Shown: in pieces, positions 58,301 to 64,000 of the stretch
How the letters are laid out: every line of letters begins with the position of its first letter
How positions within the stretch are numbered: the first letter of the stretch is position 1
Assembly (NCBI GenBank): GCA_918797485.1
Contig: CAKKNE010000001.1
Location: forward strand, 2,604,001 to 2,668,000
Length of the DNA: 64,000 bases
Direction: 5' to 3'
Source of the DNA: Pelagomonas calceolata
Taxonomy: Eukaryota
The notes under the pieces: model-generated
Told to the model about the DNA's origin: nothing
The model's database searches: none
Seen by the model: only the letters and a program-made list of their open reading frames with translations
Made by a program: the position numbers and the translations under genes

Positions 58301-61300
58301 CCGCCCGTTGCGGTCCCGGTGCCAATATGGATGGCGCCACTGTTCCCCTGCTTCGCACTACCGGAACTAAAAATGAGCCTACCGCTCTCTCCTCTCGATC
58401 CTGCATTAGGTGAGCAGGTCAGAATTGCACCGCTGCTCGACGCTGTACCTTCACCTGCCGCAACAGCTACAGATCCACCCGTGCTGGAGCTGCTTCGACC
58501 AGCCAGTATAAACACTGTACCACCTATCCCACTAGTCCCGCTTCCCACACTAGCCACAACAGCTCCACCCCGACCTCCAGTTGAAGCACCCGATCCAAGA
58601 GAAAGACTCCCACTATTTCCTCCGCCGACGGTTCCAGAGCTAAAAGTGAGCCTCCCACTCGCTCCCGCGCCGCCACCATTTGATGTCAAAACACTTAACA
58701 TCCCGCTGCTCGTGGTGGTCCCTTCACCAGAGCTCACAAGAATAAATCCACCAGTGCTCGCACTAGACGTGCTCCGACCGCCCATGAGTGCCACTGCCCC
58801 GCCAACACCGCTCGTGCCACTCCCAGAGCTTATAGTAATCTGTCCGGACCGACCACCTGTGGATGAACCAGTCCCAATACACAGTGCACCACTATTTCCA
58901 TATCTTGCGGTGCCTGAGCTGAACGACAGTTTTCCACTCGAGCCAGTGGCACCAGAATTTGCGGTTGATATAGATATTTTGCCAGAGCTGGTTGTTGTGC
59001 CTTCGCCACTGAGAACTAAAACTTCACCACCTGAAGACGGATTATTACGTCCGGCCTGCAGGCGCAAAAAGCCGCCGTAGCCGCTCGTACCACTACCAAC
59101 ACTAAACGTCATTGAACCCCCCCTGCCACATGAGGATGTGCCCGAGCCTAGAAATACCGAGCCACTATTCCCATTTTTTGCCGAGCCTGAGCTAAATACA
59201 AGTCGCCCACTTGACCCGGCCACTCCTGCATTACTGCTGCATATAATTACGTTCCCGCTGCTTGTTTGTGTGCCTTCGCCCGATTTGACGACAAGAGAAC
59301 CACCTGATGCAATTGCGCTTCGACCAGACGATAAGCCGACCTCACCGCCAGAGCCACTTGTGCCACGGCCCACGCTTATAAGTATTGCGCCACTGCGTCC
59401 AGATGTACTTGCGCCACTTCCAATAACGATAGTTCCTGAATTCCCCATAGCGCTCGTTCCGGAACTAAACGCGAGTTGCCCGCTGCTGCCGGTTACACCG
59501 CCATTTGCCGATGCAACACGAACTGACCCGCTGCTTGTTTGCGTGCCCTCGCCGCTACTGATTGCAATACTTCCACCACTAGATGCCGTCGAGCGCCCAG
59601 AGTGCACCTGGACGATACCGCCCGATCCGCTCGTCCCGCTACCGATACTCAAGCATACTGCACCGCCTCGACCAGCTGTTGCGCTCCCCGAACCAACTAA
59701 GACGTATCCACTGTTCCCTGCGTTTGCAGATCCCGAGCTAAAGACCAATAGTCCGCTAGAGCCAGAACCACCGGCGTCGGCGCTTGCTATGCACACCTCT
59801 CCACTACTAGAGGCGGTACCTTCCCCGCTTGACATGCAAAGTGCCCCGCCCGTGGCGTCAGTGGTTCGTCCCGAAAATAGGCACACTTGTCCACCAGCAC
59901 CACTTGTCCCACTACCAGAGCTCACCAGGATAGAGCCACTACGTCCGCCAGTAACAGAGCCTGATCCGAGCAAAATGGCCCCCGAATTCCCTGATTTTGC
60001 CGAGCCAGAACTGAAAACAAGCCGACCACTGGAGCCCGCGGATCCGGAGTTGGTACTTAAGAGGAGAATCGCGCCGCTGCTTGTAGTGATGCCTTCCCCA
60101 GATGCCATGATTACAGCTCCACCACTTTGAACCGCGCTGCGTCCGGCCCAGGTGCCAATAGAACCGCCGGTCCCACTCGTGCCTTTCCCAGCGCTGAGCC
60201 TTACAGCACCTCCGCGTCCACCACAGCTCGCCCCGGACCCAAGACTGATCATTCCAGAGTTCCCATCTTTGCTTGTACCAGAGCTAAAAGCGAGTCTGCC
60301 GCTACCCCCTCCTACACCACCATTTGCCGATGCCACTTGCACAGATCCACTGCTAGTTTGTGTGCCCTCCCCGCCTTTGACTGTCACGCTCCCGCCGCTA
60401 GACGTAGATGACCTCCCTGACTGAAGTCGCATCTGGCCGCCAGGACCACTTGTGCCGCTACCGACGCTTAGAGTGATGGCACCTCCACTTCCACCAGTTG
60501 AGGGTGCGGTACCGAGATATATGGATCCACTATTCCCATTTGCAGCTGATCCAGTGCTAAATACAAGCGCGCCACTTGTTCCAGCAAGGCCACTGTTGGC
60601 GGTGTGAATCAATGCGGCACCACTGCTTGTAGCAGTCCCTTCACCGCTTTGCACAACTAGCTTGCCGCCTGTAACTACAGAACCGCGTCCCGCCTGTAGA
60701 GTAAGTGCGCCACCAGTGCCGCTGGTTCCGCTCCCGACAGCCACAATGATAGCTCCACCCGCCCCGTCAGTGGCCGCCCCAGTCCCTAGGAGCAGCGCGC
60801 CACTGTTTCCCACTTTGCTAGTCCCCGAACTAAATGCAAGGCGCCCGCTAGTGCCCGCGGCTCCACCATTAGCAGTCCGAATAAATACTTTGCCACTGCT
60901 TGTTTGTGTACCCTCACCAGACTCAATAGCCACAAAACCACCAGAAGCAGCGCTGCTCCTGCCCGCATTCATACTGATTGAGGCACCGGCACCACTAGTG
61001 CCACTTCCAGCTGAAACGTGAATACCTCCTCCACTCCCTCCTGTCGCCGCTCCCGTCCCGAGAAAAAGCGCACCACTATTTCCAACGTTGGATGATCCTG
61101 AGCTAAAGGCAAGTCTACCGCTTGAACCAGAAACACCAGAGTTTGCTGTCGTCATGATCACTGCACCGCTACTGGCCATCGCCCCATCTCCTGTATGGAA
61201 CACCAGCGCGCCGCCGGTGAGAAACTCGCTGCGACCAGCCAAGATACTCACGAGGCCACCAGTGCCACTAGTTCCGCTGCCTACACTTACCATCACCTGG

Positions 61301-64000
61301 CCACCACGACCAGCTGTCATGGCACCAGTGCCAATGCTAAGTTGACCACTATTCCCTGCCGCAGCTGTTCCCGTGGAGAAGACGAGTCGACCGCTTGCGC
61401 CGATCGCCCCGGTGTTTGCCGTCGAGATATGAACACTACCTGAAGTCGCTAACGATCCTTCTCCGCTACAAATGCGTAACATGCCACCCGTCTGAACAGT
61501 ACTTCGTCCGGCTAGCAGACTGACTAAGCCGCCGACACCGCTGGTGCCACTACCGACGCTTACCCACACGGGCCCTCCCGCACCATCTGTAGCGGCGCCC
61601 GTACCCACGAATATGCTACCTGTGTTGCCAAAACTCGATGTTCCCGAAGAGAATATGAGACGGCCGCTAGCTCCGCTTGCGCCTGCATTTGCCGTGACAA
61701 TATTGAGGGTTCCGCTGCTTGTTGTAGTGCCTTCGCCAGTCGTAATCTCAACGCACCCCCCTGTCGTCGTGGTACTGCGCCCAGATAGGAGGCTAACAAT
61801 CCCACCATCACCGCTAGTCCCACTGCCTACGGTGATGCCGATGGCACCGCCCCTGCCATCGGTGGAGGCGCCTGAACCAAAGGACAACATGCCACTATTG
61901 CCACCTATCGCGATGCCGGAGCTAAAAAGGAGGAAGCCACTAGATCCCACATCACCCGCATTGGGAGTCGAAAAGAACAGACTACCACTCGATGAAGTTG
62001 AACCTTCGCCGCTAGCAACGATGATTGTTCCACCTGTTGATGTTGTACCGCGGCCTGACCGCAGGGTAAGCTCACCTCCAGCGCCGCTGGTGCCACTCCC
62101 GACTGCCAATGTCACCCACCCACCTTGTCCCTGCGTCGCTGCGCCCGAGCCGATGTATATTCCACCGCTGTTGCCACCCTTCGCCGTGCCTGAGCTAAAG
62201 GTTAGTACGCCCGAAGAGCCGTCGACCCCGCTATTAATTGTCGCCACGCATACAGACCCGCTACTTGTGTGCGTGCCCTCGCCGCTCCCCACATATATGA
62301 CCCCGCCAGTGGACTGTGTTGAGCGACCAGAGCACACGCTCACTCCACCCCCGCTACCCGAAGTGCCGCTGCCAACAACGAGGGAAAGACTCCCTGAACG
62401 ACCATTTGTCGCCGCGCCTGTTCCAATGTATATAGCCCCACTATTTGCATCTTTAGATGTTCCAGAGCTAAAAGCCAGACGGCCGCTACTACCCCCAATT
62501 CCGGAGTTTGCCGTGGTCAAGAGCACCGATCCGCTGCTGGTTGCCGTGCCTTCACCACTCATAATCGACATCTTCCCACCAGTTCTCATCTCACTGCGAC
62601 CTGCCTGCAGCGTCATCATACCGCCCTTACCGGATGTGCCACTTCCCACAGTCAGGACGAGCGAACCAGCGCGACCGTCCGTTGCCGCACCCGAACCCAT
62701 ACACATGTCGCCGCTATTCCCTCCACTTGCAGTACCAGATGAAAAGACAAGGCGACCACTTGCACCACTTGTGCCAGCATTTGGTACGCAAACGAAGATG
62801 GACCCGCTACTTGTCGCTGTCCCCTCACCACTTGCTGCAGACAACTCGCCACCAGTCTGGACGATAGACCCTCCTGCCATTATCCAAATCCCGCCTCCCA
62901 CTCCCGATGTGCCGCTCCCAGCAGTTATGCCGATGGCTCCACCTCGTCCGCCTGTCGCGGCGCCCGTACCCAAGAATAGCATGCCGGAATTGCCCGCCTT
63001 GCTAGATCCACTACTAAAAATAAGATATCCGCTCGCACCAGAAGCACCACCATTCGCAGAAAGAACTATTACCGTCCCACTGCTAGTTGCCGTACCTTCA
63101 CCGCTTGCGAGCACCACCGAACCGCCGGAGCATGTGCCACTCTGGCCGGCACAGAGCGAGATGTCTCCACCGCGACCGCTTGTGCCGCTACCCACCGTGA
63201 GAAACACCGCGCCGCCCTGTCCACCTGTCGTGGTGCTAGTACCAAGCAAAATATCGCCACTGTTACCGCTTTTCGCAGATCCAGAGGAAAAGATCAGACA
63301 ACCAGAGGAGCCTGTAGTGCCGGAATTACTAGTGCGGACAGTGATCAAGCCGCTGCTACTCGAAGCACCTACTCCGCTCTCAATTGCAACCGAGCCACCT
63401 GTCCTCGTGGTCGAGAGGCCAGCGTCTAGGACAAGCGCACCACCCGATCCACTTGTGCCGCTACCAACAGAAATATATATAGCACCGCCTCTTCCGCCTG
63501 TTGCCGCTCCGCTTCCCAAGAGCAAACTGCCACTATTTCCATTACTTGCTGTGCCAGAAGAAAACACGAGGTGTCCACTTGACCCAGCCACGCCACTGTT
63601 TCCGGTTCTGAATGTTATGCATCCGCTGCTTGTCGCTGTCCCTTCGCCGCTAAGAAGCGAGAGAACTCCACCGGTCGCGGCCAGAGCATTGCTCGATCCG
63701 CTCTGTAAACCCAGAACACCGCCGTCTCCGCTAGTGCCGCTACCCACCGTCATATACATGGCGCCACCACGCCCCCCCGTAGCGCTGCCGCTGCCCAATA
63801 GCAGGTTTCCAGTGTTTCCCGTTTTTGAGGTTCCCGAAGAAAACGACAAACGACCGCTCGTGCCTGCGGCGCCAGCGTTGGGCGTGCGTATGCTGACTGA
63901 TCCGGAGGAGGAGGCGGTGCCTTCTCCGGACTCGATTTTGATCAGCCCACCGGTGGAAACCGCGGACTGTCCAGCTAGTAAACTCATTGAGCCACCGGCC
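3815..64000 (-). CDS. giant Gly/Ser/Ala/Thr-rich beta-repeat protein, >20,000 aa, 5'-partial, frameshifted in this assembly
   Basis: The same 91-aa repeat is read on the minus strand continuously from the window edge to ~4300. The frame is open at the edge (...AGGS-MSLLAG, so Met 63987 is internal). TGA stop at 3815-3817. No splice-like interruptions were seen. Diverged units keep the protein consensus while third positions vary freely. Confidence 0.85.
4300..6402 (-). repeat. ~7.5 diverged 273-bp units (C-proximal, moderate GC, no frameshifts)
   Basis: Translation keeps the GEGTxTSSG, FSSG, GNSG and GSGTSG motifs at ~91-aa spacing. The nucleotide sequence is unique and A/T third positions are common. 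Confidence 0.9.
6403..35707 (-). repeat. coding tandem array A: ~27 near-identical copies of a 1092-bp (4 x 273 bp; 364 aa) unit
   Basis: The landmark cgactccatcgcgagc (ELAMESG) occurs 27 times at ~1092-bp spacing from ~6930 to ~35350. Shadow ORFs recur with the same spacing. GC is extremely high. Confidence 0.95.
35681..56039 (-). repeat. coding tandem array B: 8 copies of a basic 2457-bp (9 x 273 bp; 819 aa) unit with 8-, 10- and 12-unit variants
   Basis: The landmark gtgccctcgccactttccgccgacagg occurs at 37473, 40742, 43196, 45649, 47823, 50274, 52452 and 55175. Spacings of 3269, 2454, 2453, 2174, 2451, 2178 and 2723 correspond to about 12, 9, 9, 8, 9, 8 and 10 units. Confidence 0.92.
53305..53660 (-). 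other. single-copy lower-GC in-frame repeat island inside array B
   Basis: 356 bp of unique sequence encoding RVHISVGSGSSGTGGDCCFHSG...GRSLCK. It replaces ~83 bp of the standard copy, a net gain of 273 bp. Confidence 0.9.
56040..64000 (-). repeat. ~29 diverged 273-bp units (N-proximal, moderate GC, no frameshifts)
   Basis: About 8 kb of uninterrupted frame (part of ORF 54244-63987). Every unit is unique in nucleotide sequence but conserves the 91-aa consensus. Confidence 0.92.

Noticed and set aside
4404..62867. Long Pro-rich and Arg-rich plus-strand ORFs (e.g. 7212-9812, 37976-40678)
   Set aside because: They are antisense mirrors of Gly/Ser/Ala codons in GC-rich DNA. They break up with stops in the diverged regions, where the minus frame stays open.
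63985..63987. ATG as the start codon of the giant gene
   Set aside because: Upstream codons (Ala-Gly-Gly-Ser) continue the repeat in frame to the window edge, and no signal peptide or unique N-terminus is present.
3815..64000. Mycobacterial PE_PGRS, collagen, silk or RTX protein
   Set aside because: There is no GGxGGx run structure, Gly-X-Y triplet, poly-Ala block or GGxGxD nonapeptide. Regular hydrophobic beta rungs are present instead, and the neighbouring gene has spliceosomal-type introns.
4300..64000. Ice-nucleation protein (InaZ-like)
   Set aside because: The rung length is similar, but the AGYGSTxTA consensus is absent and a TxT motif occurs in only about one of six rungs. Ice activity cannot be supported from the sequence.

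Overview
Eukaryotic (intron-containing, very GC-rich, probably stramenopile/pelagophyte-like; taxon is inference) genomic window. About 94% of it (3815 to >64000, minus strand) is one apparently intron-less gene for a giant Gly/Ser/Ala/Thr-rich repeat protein. It spans about 20,060 codons inside the window and its N-terminus lies beyond the right edge. The protein is built from ~15-aa rungs (G-x-hydrophobic-x-hydrophobic-x-x-G...), grouped into a 91-aa/273-bp unit (~218 units). These units form two near-identical higher-order arrays: 27 x 1092 bp (4 units) and 8 x ~2457 bp (9 units, with 8-, 10- and 12-unit variants). Diverged, lower-GC, frameshift-free units flank the arrays. The protein ends in an 8-residue-periodic beta segment and a ~100-aa beta-rich domain reminiscent of phage fibre/decoration proteins, which suggests a sub-micron beta-solenoid filament. 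Frameshifts are confined to the near-identical arrays and look like long-read errors. The first 2.7 kb holds the 3' part of a convergent plus-strand spliced gene (Cys-repeat region, Ig-like domain, C-terminal J-domain; three introns, some introner-like). It is followed by an (AAAG)n tract and a short LINE-like RT fragment. Most entries in the ORF track are antisense or out-of-frame shadows of the giant gene.
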